A stretch of 64,000 bases of DNA from NCBI GenBank assembly GCA_002397465.1, contig DHAP01000051.1, positions 104,770-168,769 of the forward strand, read 5' to 3'. The notes under the pieces were generated by a model. It worked only from the letters and a program-made list of their open reading frames with translations. It was not told the DNA's origin and did not search any database. Each line of letters begins with the position of its first letter. Position 1 is the first letter of the stretch. The stretch is from Bacillales bacterium UBA4951. GTDB lineage: Bacteria > Bacillota_I > Bacilli_A > RFN20 > CAG-826. Shown piece by piece: positions 9,196 through 18,184 of the stretch. Both the position numbers and the translations under genes were made by a program.

Positions 9196-10381
9196 GTCCT
9201 CATTTTTATCGGTCACCGAGCTCAACAACCTTTTGAAGTTGAAGGTTCAAAGCGACCCATCGCTGCATAATCTCGTCGTAAAAGGCGAGATATCAAGTTG
9301 GAAAAGTTATCCTTCTGCCACATATTTCGACGTCAAAGACGAAAGAAGCGTTCTTTCGTGCCTTCTTTGGGCGAGCGAATACATCTATCTCCCCTTTGAA
9401 CCAAAAATAGGAGACGAGGTGCTTCTATACGGATACCTCGACGTATACGCCAACCGTGGCCGTTACTCGCTTATCTGCCAAAAGATCGAACTGTTTGGTC
9501 AAGGCAAAGAGCTTCTGGCCCTAGAAGCCCTGAAAAAGAAGCTTCAGAGTGAAGGCCTCTTTGACGAATCAAGGAAAAGAAGCATCCCCGAATTCCCCTC
9601 GAAAATCGGAATGATCGTTGGGAATGGAAGCGCAGCCGAGGCTGACTTGTTGAAGAATCTTCAAAGAAGATGGCCTTTATCCGATCTTTATGTCTTCCCG
9701 TCGCTTGTTCAAGGCAAAGAAGCCCCAAAGGATTTGCTGAGGGCTTTCAAACTGAGCCAAGAATATCCGCTTGATGTTCTGATCATCGCCAGGGGCGGTG
9801 GATCAAACGAAGACTTGTCGGCTTTCAATGATGAGTCATTGTGCCGCGCCGTCAGCAATAGCAAAATGCCGACAATATCTGCCATAGGCCACGAAATAGA
9901 CTTCAGCATCCTCGATTTCATCGCCGATAAACGAGTCTCAACGCCAACTGCGGCGGCTGAGATGGCCACGCCAGACGTCAACGACATCAGGCAGGAACTC
10001 GATGACTGCTTCGCCTCATTGTCATCATCGCTCATAAAGAACGTCTCTTCATGCCGTGAGAAACTTAATTCTCTATCCAACCGCCCATTCTTCAAGAATC
10101 CGGCTTCAGCCTATCATGAGAAGATTGAGAGACTGAGGGAACATGAAACAAGGCTCAACAACGCGACCGATAACGCCTTGCTTCTTAAAAAGAATGAGGT
10201 CTCATCGCTTAAAACTCATCTTGAGGCTTTGAACCCTTATAGCGTGATCAATAGGGGCTATTCCCTTACCGAGAATGAAGACGGTAAAATCATCAGTTCC
10301 GCTAAAGACGTTAAAGAAGGAGACCGACTGAGCACAAGACTCAAAGATGGTATAATCCATTCTAAGGTCTTCAAGGAGTGA
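9182..10381 (+). CDS. xseA: Exodeoxyribonuclease VII large subunit
   Basis: 399 aa. N-terminal OB fold (VVKGEISSWKSYPSATYFDVKDERSVLSCLLW) and catalytic region (IARGGGSNEDL). GTG start overlaps the nusB end, so the start is uncertain. Confidence 0.9.
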   Translation: MRVPESSFLSVTELNNLLKLKVQSDPSLHNLVVKGEISSWKSYPSATYFDVKDERSVLSCLLWASEYIYLPFEPKIGDEVLLYGYLDVYANRGRYSLICQKIELFGQGKELLALEALKKKLQSEGLFDESRKRSIPEFPSKIGMIVGNGSAAEADLLKNLQRRWPLSDLYVFPSLVQGKEAPKDLLRAFKLSQEYPLDVLIIARGGGSNEDLSAFNDESLCRAVSNSKMPTISAIGHEIDFSILDFIADKRVSTPTAAAEMATPDVNDIRQELDDCFASLSSSLIKNVSSCREKLNSLSNRPFFKNPASAYHEKIERLREHETRLNNATDNALLLKKNEVSSLKTHLEALNPYSVINRGYSLTENEDGKIISSAKDVKEGDRLSTRLKDGIIHSKVFKE

Positions 10382-10386
10382 GAAAA

Positions 10387-10593
10387 ATGACAGAGAAAAA
10401 AGAAAAGTCTTTTGAAGAAAAGCTTGCTAGGTTAAACGAGATAGTCGAAAAGGTTGAGAACGAAACCTTGCCCCTCGAGACATCTACCAAGTTATTCGAG
10501 GAGGGGAAGGGGCTCATTTCCGAGCTTGAATCCACTTTGAAGGATGCCGAGAAAAAGATCGGAAAATACAACGAGATCAAAAACGACAAATAA
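10387..10593 (+). CDS. xseB: Exodeoxyribonuclease VII small subunit
   Basis: SFEEKLARLNEIVEKVENETLPLE is typical of XseB. I prefer the ATG at 10387 (AAGGAG 8 nt upstream) over the ORF-track GTG at 10378. Confidence 0.85.
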   Translation: MTEKKEKSFEEKLARLNEIVEKVENETLPLETSTKLFEEGKGLISELESTLKDAEKKIGKYNEIKNDK

Positions 10594-10634
10594 ATTTTAT
10601 AGTGAATAATTAGTAGTTTTTAGGTTGTTCCACG

Positions 10635-12506
10635 ATGGAAGAAAAAATAGAAAGAATCGACATAAAGTCCATTAAGGACCCATCATTCGTCAAAAAAATT
10701 GGCTACAAGAGTTTAGCCATTCTTTGTCATGATATCCGCCGTGAAATCATTCAGGAAACGAGCATCTATGGCGGCCACTTGGCAAGCAACCTCGGAACCG
10801 TTGAGTTGACCGTCGCCTTGTATCGAGTTTTCGATTTCCCCAAGGACAAACTGATCTTCGACGTCGGCCATCAATGCTACACACACAAGATTCTGACCGG
10901 ACGCAGCCTAGAAGGACTTCGCCAGAAAAACGGTCCGAGCGGTTTTGAGAGAATGGACGAATCCGCTTATGATTGCTATGAAGCCGGTCATGCCGGTACT
11001 TCGCTTTCTGCCGCCGAAGGCTTTGCGATCGCCCGCGATTTAAGAGGCGAAGACTTCAATGTTGTAGCCGTCATCGGAGATTCTTCCATTGTTAACGGAC
11101 TCTCTTTTGAGGCTTTGAACAATATCGGATCAAGGAAAAACAAGATAATCGCCATTCTTAACGACAACGATATGTCAATTTCCCGACCTGTCGGCGGGCT
11201 CGGGAACTTCTTCAGAAAGATTTCGACTGATCGCTGGTACAACAAGTTCAAAAATCAGTATCGCCGTGCCCTTTATAGAACTCATGTCGGCCGTGGAATA
11301 TATGCTTTTTCGTATTATTTGAAGACTAACATCAAAACCGCTTTGGTGCCGACCACCATGTTCGACAATATGGGATTCACCTATATTGGACCAGTCGATG
11401 GCCATAACATCCAAGCGCTCGAGAAAGCTTATAGACAGGCTCAAAACACGACGAAATCAGCCGTTATCCATGTTTACACCCAAAAAGGAAAAGGCTACGA
11501 TCCAGCGGAGAAAGACGAATCGGGATATTGGCATGGCGTCTCGCCTTTTGACGTCGAGACCGGCGAGCCGACGAACCTTCATCCAGCGCTTATCAGCTGG
11601 AGCCACCTGGCTGGTGATTTAACTCATGAAGCCCTTGAGAAATGTAAAGATAGAATTCTCATCTGCCCAGCGATGATCAAAGGAAGCCATTTGGAATCAT
11701 GCTTTGCCGATTTCCCTTCTCGTTGTTTTGACGTAGGAATCTCCGAGGAGCACGCTTTGACGCTTGCTGGATCCTTGTCCATAAACGGATTCCATCCAAT
11801 CGTCGTCATTTATTCGACGTTTTTGCAAAGAGCCTATGACGAATTGCTTCATGACTGCGCCCGAATGAACACCGACGTCAGCATTTTGATCGACCGTTCC
11901 GGGCTCGTCGGAGCCGATGGTTCGACCCACATGGGGATTTACGATGAAAGCTATCTTAAATCGATTCCTGGCGTAACTCTCGCGATGCCATCGACTTTAG
12001 CGGAATTCAAATCGCTTTATCAGACTTCCTTAGAGAGCGGCCATGGCGTTTTTGCCATCCGTTATCCTCACACTTTGACTTCCGAGCTTGCTTCCATTCC
12101 AAAACTTAAATTGCCATATGGAAAGTCGAGGTTCGTCCAAATTGTAAAGAAAGAGCTCCCTTCGATTGTGGCCGTTGGGCCCAAAGGTTTGGCCTTGATG
12201 GAAAAACTCCAGGAAAACAATTTCCAAGGCGGATTGGTAAATCCTCTTTATCTCTGTCCGATCGATTCATCAATGGTCGAGTCTTTGCTTGATTCAAGAT
12301 TCGTCTATATCTACGACCCATATTCTACAAGCAACGGATTCGCCGAGTCATTGGCCGCCGAGTTGGCTCTTCATTCTTATAAAGGATGCGTTTACGTCAA
12401 GAGCATTGCCCCATGCTATGTCCATCATGCCAAAGTCGATGAACAGGAAAAAGAACTCGGAGTCGACCTCGACGGCGCCTACCAAGACGTCATTTCCAAA
12501 CTCTAG
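10635..12506 (+). CDS. dxs: 1-deoxy-D-xylulose-5-phosphate synthase
   Basis: 623 aa. GGHLASNLGTVELTVAL...FDVGHQCYTHKILTGR is the Dxs signature. It follows xseB as in B. subtilis, but no ispA lies between them. Confidence 0.95.
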   Translation: MEEKIERIDIKSIKDPSFVKKIGYKSLAILCHDIRREIIQETSIYGGHLASNLGTVELTVALYRVFDFPKDKLIFDVGHQCYTHKILTGRSLEGLRQKNGPSGFERMDESAYDCYEAGHAGTSLSAAEGFAIARDLRGEDFNVVAVIGDSSIVNGLSFEALNNIGSRKNKIIAILNDNDMSISRPVGGLGNFFRKISTDRWYNKFKNQYRRALYRTHVGRGIYAFSYYLKTNIKTALVPTTMFDNMGFTYIGPVDGHNIQALEKAYRQAQNTTKSAVIHVYTQKGKGYDPAEKDESGYWHGVSPFDVETGEPTNLHPALISWSHLAGDLTHEALEKCKDRILICPAMIKGSHLESCFADFPSRCFDVGISEEHALTLAGSLSINGFHPIVVIYSTFLQRAYDELLHDCARMNTDVSILIDRSGLVGADGSTHMGIYDESYLKSIPGVTLAMPSTLAEFKSLYQTSLESGHGVFAIRYPHTLTSELASIPKLKLPYGKSRFVQIVKKELPSIVAVGPKGLALMEKLQENNFQGGLVNPLYLCPIDSSMVESLLDSRFVYIYDPYSTSNGFAESLAAELALHSYKGCVYVKSIAPCYVHHAKVDEQEKELGVDLDGAYQDVISKL

Positions 12507-12548
12507 AAATTACTTAACATAATGGCAAAGGTCTCTTAAAATGTTTTT

Positions 12549-13739
12549 ATGAGCAAAATCATCGTGCACATCGACTTGAACGCCTTTTTTGCAACCTGTG
12601 AGCAAATCAAGCATCCGGAGTTTGTCGGCAAGCCCGTCATCGTCGCTGGACTTGGCGGACGCGGCGTCGTTTCAACGGCTTCCTACGAGGCTCGCTCCTA
12701 CGGCGTTCATTCAGCCATGCCGACCTATCAAGCCCGTGAGCTTTGTCCCCAAGGAATCTTCGTCGAAGGCGATTATCAATATTATGAAATGATGTCACGC
12801 TCATTTTTCTCCTACATCCGTTCTTTTACCTCGCTGGTCGAGGAGGCTTCTATAGATGAATGCTTCGCCGACATGAGCAAAGCCCTCGCCAAGGAGAAAG
12901 ACCCGTATGCTTTTTTCAAACGGGTTCAGGATGGGCTCTATTCCCAGATGGGGCTGAAGTGCTCCATCGGCGTGGCCCCAAATAAATTCCTTGCCAAAAT
13001 GGGGTCCGACATGAAGAAACCGATGGGCATAACGATAGTCAGAAAAAAAGACATACCTTTTTTGATTTATCCTCTCCCGATTGAATCGTTTTTCGGAATC
13101 GGCAAAAGAACCTCCCCAAAACTAAGGGAAATGGGCATCAACACGATTGGAGACCTCGCCGAGAAATTGAAGGTTGACGATCCATCGCTCCAGGAGACGC
13201 TTGGCAAATTTTACTTCACGGTCAAGGACTGGTGTTTTGGCAATGGAAGCGATGTCATCGACACTTTGCCGTTTGACCCCAAAAGCATCGGCCACAGCAT
13301 CACCTTCCCTAGCGACACCGATGATTATGAGGAGATCAAACAAGAGATATCCCTCCTTTCACACGAAGTCAGCGACGGGGCCAATCAATGCCATAAAAAA
13401 GGGAGAACCGTTCAGTTGGCGGTCAAGGACTCTTCTTTCCACACTCATGACAAATCCATATCTTTCAAAGATCTGACCTCCGACTATTCGGTGATATTTC
13501 AAAAAGCCACCGATCTCTTCGAACATAATTTCCTCGGCATGACCATAAGGCTGGTCGGTGTCACTTTGCAAAACCTCGTCGACCCCAAGGAAGAGACGGT
13601 CCAGATGAGCTTTTGGAACTTCGGAGACTACGAGAAGATGGATGAGACGAAACTCCTCGTCAACGAACTTAACAGAAAGATGAAGACGCCGTCTTTGAAA
13701 CTTGCGAATGAGGTGAAAAAGAAAAATGGAAGTAAATGA
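12549..13739 (+). CDS. dinB: DNA polymerase IV (Y-family)
   Basis: 396 aa. IVHIDLNAFFATCE...GVVSTASYEARSYGVHSAMP are Y-family palm motifs. Confidence 0.9.
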   Translation: MSKIIVHIDLNAFFATCEQIKHPEFVGKPVIVAGLGGRGVVSTASYEARSYGVHSAMPTYQARELCPQGIFVEGDYQYYEMMSRSFFSYIRSFTSLVEEASIDECFADMSKALAKEKDPYAFFKRVQDGLYSQMGLKCSIGVAPNKFLAKMGSDMKKPMGITIVRKKDIPFLIYPLPIESFFGIGKRTSPKLREMGINTIGDLAEKLKVDDPSLQETLGKFYFTVKDWCFGNGSDVIDTLPFDPKSIGHSITFPSDTDDYEEIKQEISLLSHEVSDGANQCHKKGRTVQLAVKDSSFHTHDKSISFKDLTSDYSVIFQKATDLFEHNFLGMTIRLVGVTLQNLVDPKEETVQMSFWNFGDYEKMDETKLLVNELNRKMKTPSLKLANEVKKKNGSK

Positions 13740-14607
13740 GGCCCTGATCCGTTTTTATCAATATCTGGCGGTCGAAAGAGGCGTCGAGCCTCTCACAATC
13801 ATCGACTATCAGCAAGACATGAAGATGTTTTTCAAACGTTTCCCTGAAAAGAAGGACACCTCCGATCTCCATCCTAGCGACGTTGGTGATTTCATGCGCG
13901 TGGAATCCGAGAAAGGCTATTCATCGGCCACGATCCTAAGACGTCTTTCTTCGACGAGAAGCTTCTACCAATTCCTTTCATCAGAAGGCCTGATCGACGA
14001 GGACGTTCCTGATTACGAGGGACCGCGTTCAAGCCACAAACTCCCGATCGTCCTCTCAAAAGAGGAAGTCGACGCCCTATTGGAGGCCCCGGACATGAGC
14101 AATGACGGCGGCATCAGGGACCGGGCCATGCTTGAGGTCATGTATGCCTCAGGACTTCGCGTTTCGGAACTATGCTCTTTGAAGCTAGGAGAGGTCAATC
14201 TCATAAACCATTTGTTGACCATATATGGCAAAGGCAATAAGCAACGTAGTGTTCCCCTCAGCTCTTTCGCCGGCGACTATCTTCAAAAATACCTCGATGG
14301 CCCAAGGGCCCGAAACAAAGGCCGCTCCTCGGAATATGTTTTCCTAAACAGGAACGGGAAGCCCATCAGCCGTGTCTATTTCTTCACTCAGATCAAAAAG
14401 TATGCCAAGAAGGCAGGCATTGAAACGCCCATCTCTCCGCACACCCTCAGACATTGCTTTGCGACCCACCTTCTGGAGAACGGGGCGGATCTTCGAAGCG
14501 TCCAGGAAATGCTCGGGCACAGCAAAATTGCCACGACTCAGATTTACACCCATGTCTCAAGCAAGCGGATCATGAGCGCCTATGATTTGTATAGCAAAAG
14601 AAAATGA
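13726..14607 (+). CDS. xerD: Tyrosine site-specific recombinase XerD-like
   Basis: 293 aa. N-terminal SAM-like domain, C-terminal HTLRHCFATHLLENGADLRSVQEMLGHSKIATTQIYTH (R-H-R-Y catalytic set). It precedes deoB, as B. subtilis ripX does. Confidence 0.85.
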   Translation: MEVNEALIRFYQYLAVERGVEPLTIIDYQQDMKMFFKRFPEKKDTSDLHPSDVGDFMRVESEKGYSSATILRRLSSTRSFYQFLSSEGLIDEDVPDYEGPRSSHKLPIVLSKEEVDALLEAPDMSNDGGIRDRAMLEVMYASGLRVSELCSLKLGEVNLINHLLTIYGKGNKQRSVPLSSFAGDYLQKYLDGPRARNKGRSSEYVFLNRNGKPISRVYFFTQIKKYAKKAGIETPISPHTLRHCFATHLLENGADLRSVQEMLGHSKIATTQIYTHVSSKRIMSAYDLYSKRK

Positions 14608-14646
14608 ATTAAGATATCAGGCGGTAGCAAATCCGCGAGGTCATAT

Positions 14647-15852
14647 ATGAAAAACAAATTTAAGCGTGTCTTCTTGATCGTCGCCGACTCGGCTGGAATC
14701 GGGGAAGAGCCCGATGCCGCCAAATTCGGCGATTGCGGGACTAATACCTGGGTTCACGCGGCTAGTTCCGTCGGCGGGCTCAACGTTCCGGTCATGGAGA
14801 GTTTTGGAGTCGGCGAATTGGCCGATATCCCTGGCGTGAAAGCCGTTCACGATCATCCACATGCCTTTTCGATGAGGCTTAGAGAGATGAGCAACGGCAA
14901 GGATACGATGACTGGCCATTGGGAGATGATGGGCGTTTTGACCACCAAGCCCTTTCAGACTTTCACCGACACCGGATTCCCTGATGATTTGATCAAAGAG
15001 CTCGAAAAAGAGACCGGACACAAGATCATCGGCAATTATTCCTCAAGCGGAACCGAGATTTTGAAGGTCCTTGGCGAAGAACAGATGAAAGAGAATTCTT
15101 TGATCGTCTATACTTCCGCTGACTCCGTCCTTCAGATTGCCGCTCACGAAGAGGTGACTGGAAAAGACGAGCTATACAGATGCTGCGAAATCGCCAGAAA
15201 GCTTTGCATGCGCCCCGAATGGTTCGTCGGGAGGGTTATCGCCCGTCCTTACGTCGGAACGAACAAAGACAATTTCAAGCGCATCGTTGGCGACAGAAGG
15301 GACTATGCCGTCTCTCCTAGTGCCATCACCGTCATGGATATTCTCAAAGACAATGGCTTCATGGTTTCTTGCATCGGCAAAATCAGTGATATCTTCAACG
15401 ATGTCGGTGTGGTCAAAACCGTGCATACCGTCTCAAATGAAGATGGTATGGATAAGACGATAGAACAGGTCAAAAACGACGATTTCACCGGACTTTGCTT
15501 CGTTAATCTCGTTGAATTTGACTCAGAATACGGCCATAGAAGAAATCCTGTCGGATATGCTAGGGCCCTTGAGGCTTTTGATAAGCGTCTCAAAGAGCTT
15601 TTGCCTTTAATGAAAGACGACGATTTATTGATGATCACCGCCGACCATGGCAACGATCCGACCTACAAAGGCACCGATCACACAAGGGAAAAAGTTCCTC
15701 TTTTGATCTATTCGCCATCTCTTATAAATGGCTCGTATATCGATGAGAGAGCCTCCTTCGCCGACATCGGTTCAACTATCTTGAAAGACTTTGATTTATC
15801 TCAGCCTGAAAAGATGATTGGAACCCCGATAGAAGAACTTTTCGGTAAATAA
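14647..15852 (+). CDS. deoB: Phosphopentomutase
   Basis: 401 aa. RVFLIVADSAGIGEEPDA...ITADHGNDPTYKGTDHTRE is typical of DeoB. GAGG SD upstream. Confidence 0.9.
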   Translation: MKNKFKRVFLIVADSAGIGEEPDAAKFGDCGTNTWVHAASSVGGLNVPVMESFGVGELADIPGVKAVHDHPHAFSMRLREMSNGKDTMTGHWEMMGVLTTKPFQTFTDTGFPDDLIKELEKETGHKIIGNYSSSGTEILKVLGEEQMKENSLIVYTSADSVLQIAAHEEVTGKDELYRCCEIARKLCMRPEWFVGRVIARPYVGTNKDNFKRIVGDRRDYAVSPSAITVMDILKDNGFMVSCIGKISDIFNDVGVVKTVHTVSNEDGMDKTIEQVKNDDFTGLCFVNLVEFDSEYGHRRNPVGYARALEAFDKRLKELLPLMKDDDLLMITADHGNDPTYKGTDHTREKVPLLIYSPSLINGSYIDERASFADIGSTILKDFDLSQPEKMIGTPIEELFGK

Positions 15853-15890
15853 TTATCGAAAGTTGATTTCTCGACTTTTCTTCGATGAAT

Positions 15891-15926
15891 AACCTCACCA
15901 AGTCAATTGCTTGCATGAGGTTTTCA
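15891..15926 (+). terminator. Probable deoB terminator (AACCTCA-18-TGAGGTT followed by TTTTC)
   Basis: 7-bp stem with a large loop, then a T-run, 39 nt after the deoB stop. Confidence 0.45.
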
Positions 15927-16019
15927 TTAAGCCTAGACTAAGTAAGGCTTTAGGAGAAACCCAAAGCCTCTGTCAAAAAATTGTAAAGATTTGCGGCACT
16001 CAAAATAAGGAATAAAAAC

Positions 16020-17009
16020 ATGAACAAAAAAACAATGCTGTTTGCGCCTTTGGCCTTGTTGGCCTTGGCCTCTTGCTCAGGAGGATCTTCCTCATCGGAA
16101 GCCGCCACCTCCGAAGAACCGGCTTATCAAGTCAAATGGGTGACTCCGACCGGAACCCCGACCTTGGCTTTCTACAACCAAGGAAGCAACGCCAACTGGG
16201 TGTCATCATCAACTCCGTCGACCGTCGTTGTGCCTTCCTTTCAGACCAATAACTATGACGCGATCGTCTTCGACGGCGTTTCTGGCTTGAACGTCATCAA
16301 TAAGACGGGAGCGAATTACAAACTCGCCAAATGGATCAGCGGTGGCAATTTCTACGTTGTTTCGACTACGCATACATCGACTGACAGCTTTGCGACTGGC
16401 GAAACGATTATGAGCTTCGTCCAAACCGGAAACGCCAGCCGCTCATTCCTTAAGCTAAGCAAGGACGTTTGGAATTGGAACTACGCCGACACCGACATCA
16501 CCTATCAAACAGGCGTGGCTGGCGTCGCCCAAAGCATTCTTCAGAATGGCGGCAACACAGACTATTATGTGGTGGCTGAGCCAGTTTTGACCTCTTTGAA
16601 GAGCAAATTAGGGGATAACCTCCACGTAATCTATGATCTTCAAAGCGAATGGAAGAAAGCCTATAACCAGGAAACGATTCCTGCAGCGGCTTTGTTCATC
16701 AATAATGACAGTTATTCCGCCCATAAAGACTCATTAGATACGTTCATCAGCGACACCCAAAAGAGGATGGATACCGCGATTAGCACGCCATCGACCATCA
16801 AAGCTTCTCTTGATGCCTATGGCAACGACGCGGCCGTTCAAAACAGATTCGGATTCACCTCAAGCCTGGCCGTTTCGCTTCAAAGCTCGAATAAGAATGA
16901 CTTTGGCCTTCTCAAAAGCGGAGTCATCACCGACAATAAAGCCTTCGCAAACGACTTTAACGTAACGCTCGGCGGAACCGCCTTCTCAGATTCTCTCTTC
17001 TTGGAGTAA
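16020..17009 (+). CDS. Putative lipoprotein, probable ABC-transporter substrate-binding protein
   Basis: Signal peptide with lipobox (LALASC), followed by a Ser-rich linker. It lies immediately upstream of an SsuC/TauC-type permease. Family assignment is tentative. Confidence 0.6.
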   Translation: MNKKTMLFAPLALLALASCSGGSSSSEAATSEEPAYQVKWVTPTGTPTLAFYNQGSNANWVSSSTPSTVVVPSFQTNNYDAIVFDGVSGLNVINKTGANYKLAKWISGGNFYVVSTTHTSTDSFATGETIMSFVQTGNASRSFLKLSKDVWNWNYADTDITYQTGVAGVAQSILQNGGNTDYYVVAEPVLTSLKSKLGDNLHVIYDLQSEWKKAYNQETIPAAALFINNDSYSAHKDSLDTFISDTQKRMDTAISTPSTIKASLDAYGNDAAVQNRFGFTSSLAVSLQSSNKNDFGLLKSGVITDNKAFANDFNVTLGGTAFSDSLFLE

Positions 17010-17043
17010 AATTAACCCCGGAAGGGATTCCGAAATTGTAAAG

Positions 17044-17853
17044 ATGAAAAAGAATAAGCGAACCTATTTGATCGAGACCCTTTGCTGGGTCTTAGGGTTC
17101 GCTTTTTTGATTGGCGTCTGGTATCTATGTTCGTACCTTATGTATCGCGTAGGGAACCGTTTGCTTCCTTATCCTCATGAAGTACTGGTTACGCTAGCAA
17201 AGGTCTTGTTTGATCCTAACTATGCCGCGACGACATATTCGGCCATCGGATGGACGCTTGCCCGTTTGCTGATAGGATTCACTATTTCGTTTTTGCTCGG
17301 GATGATTTTAGGGACGATAGGGGGTTTGTTCAAAAACTTCAAACGGTTCATGTCTCCGTTCGTTTCTTTTGCAAAGACTATGCCAACGGCGGCATTTGTG
17401 ATCATCTTGCTTGGAGTCTTCCTCCAATTCAGGGGTTTATCGCCTTATATACCATGCTTCTTGGTATTCATGGTTGCATTCCCGTTGATCTATGAAGCCT
17501 TCGCAAGCGGAATCGAGAACGAAGCCCCAGACGTTAAAGACGCTCTTAAGCTAGATGGCGGCGACAAAAGCCTTTCTGCCATAACCCAGGTCCTATGGCC
17601 AGACAGCGAAAGTTATATAAATTTGTCCATAGCCCAAAGCCTTGGATTATCGATGAAGGTTTCTGTCATGAGCGAGATCTTAACCAATTCGTCAACATCG
17701 CAAGGCGGAATCGGCTGGCTAATAGCTGATTCGAATCTTTATGCATCGATGAAAGAGATAATGGCTTATTCATTGATAGCCGTCTTTATGGTAGCGATAA
17801 TCGATATTCCATTATCGGTTCTAAAAAAGGAAATGAAGAAGAAATTGCAATAG
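17044..17853 (+). CDS. ABC transporter permease (binding-protein-dependent, SsuC/TauC/NitT-like)
   Basis: 269 aa, about 6 TM segments, EAA-type loop (ALKLDGGDKSLSAITQVLWPDS). No ATPase gene is adjacent. Confidence 0.8.
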   Translation: MKKNKRTYLIETLCWVLGFAFLIGVWYLCSYLMYRVGNRLLPYPHEVLVTLAKVLFDPNYAATTYSAIGWTLARLLIGFTISFLLGMILGTIGGLFKNFKRFMSPFVSFAKTMPTAAFVIILLGVFLQFRGLSPYIPCFLVFMVAFPLIYEAFASGIENEAPDVKDALKLDGGDKSLSAITQVLWPDSESYINLSIAQSLGLSMKVSVMSEILTNSSTSQGGIGWLIADSNLYASMKEIMAYSLIAVFMVAIIDIPLSVLKKEMKKKLQ

Positions 17854-17973
17854 TGACAATTTGTATAATTGTAAAGGTAGAAACCAAAGTAGTAGTAAAG
17901 AGGATCGGCCAACTGATCTAAATAAACACAAGGCCAAACAAAGACAATCATAAAGCACGAGCGATTCATAAAC

Positions 17974-17996
17974 AGGATGGTAAACCATCCTTTTTT
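17974..17996 (+). terminator. Rho-independent terminator closing the + strand gene block
   Basis: AGGATGGT-AA-ACCATCCT followed by TTTTTT. Confidence 0.8.
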
Positions 17997-18088
17997 AGAC
18001 TACGGAAAATGAAAGCCTTTGAAAGAAGAGACATGATCAGAAAATGAACATTTGAGTTTGTTAGTTGTTTATTAGTAGATTTTAAAAA

Positions 18089-18097
18089 TGTGGATAA
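18089..18097 (-). promoter_or_regulatory. Perfect DnaA-box 9-mer (TTATCCACA on the - strand)
   Basis: TGTGGATAA read on +. It lies inside TAAAAATGTGGATAACTA, which shares 15 nt with the 28.4-kb copy and 12 nt with the 27.4-kb copy. Confidence 0.5.
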
Positions 18098-18184
18098 CTA
18101 TAGAATTAATGTGCGTAAAACAAAACAAGATTTGTAATTACTATAAATAGAAATGAGCCTTATATCGATAAATATACTTCTTTT

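Noticed and set aside
12514-12525. A second copy of TTAACATAATGG (the XerD-arm half of the dif-like site) between dxs and dinB, 1.2 kb upstream of xerD.
   Set aside because: Only the XerD-arm half matches. The would-be XerC arm lacks the conserved ATAA. Identical 12-mers are expected many times by chance in 64 kb.
15853-16019. A riboswitch (TPP or other) upstream of the lipoprotein/permease operon. Also any tRNA, rRNA, tmRNA, RNase P, SRP or 6S RNA gene, or any CRISPR array, anywhere in the window.
   Set aside because: I found no conserved riboswitch core such as the TPP CTGAGA...ACCTGA. No intergenic region has a tRNA T-loop (GGTTCGAATCC-like) or an RNase P GGAAAGTCC box, and there are no regularly spaced direct repeats. 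This is by-eye inspection only, and an Infernal/Rfam scan would be decisive.
18071-18100. Interpreting the DnaA box and AT-rich DNA at 18 kb as oriC.
   Set aside because: Genes converge on this gap rather than diverging from it. dnaA and dnaN are absent, there is a single box rather than a cluster, and a dif-like site lies 90 nt away. All of this points to the terminus, not the origin.
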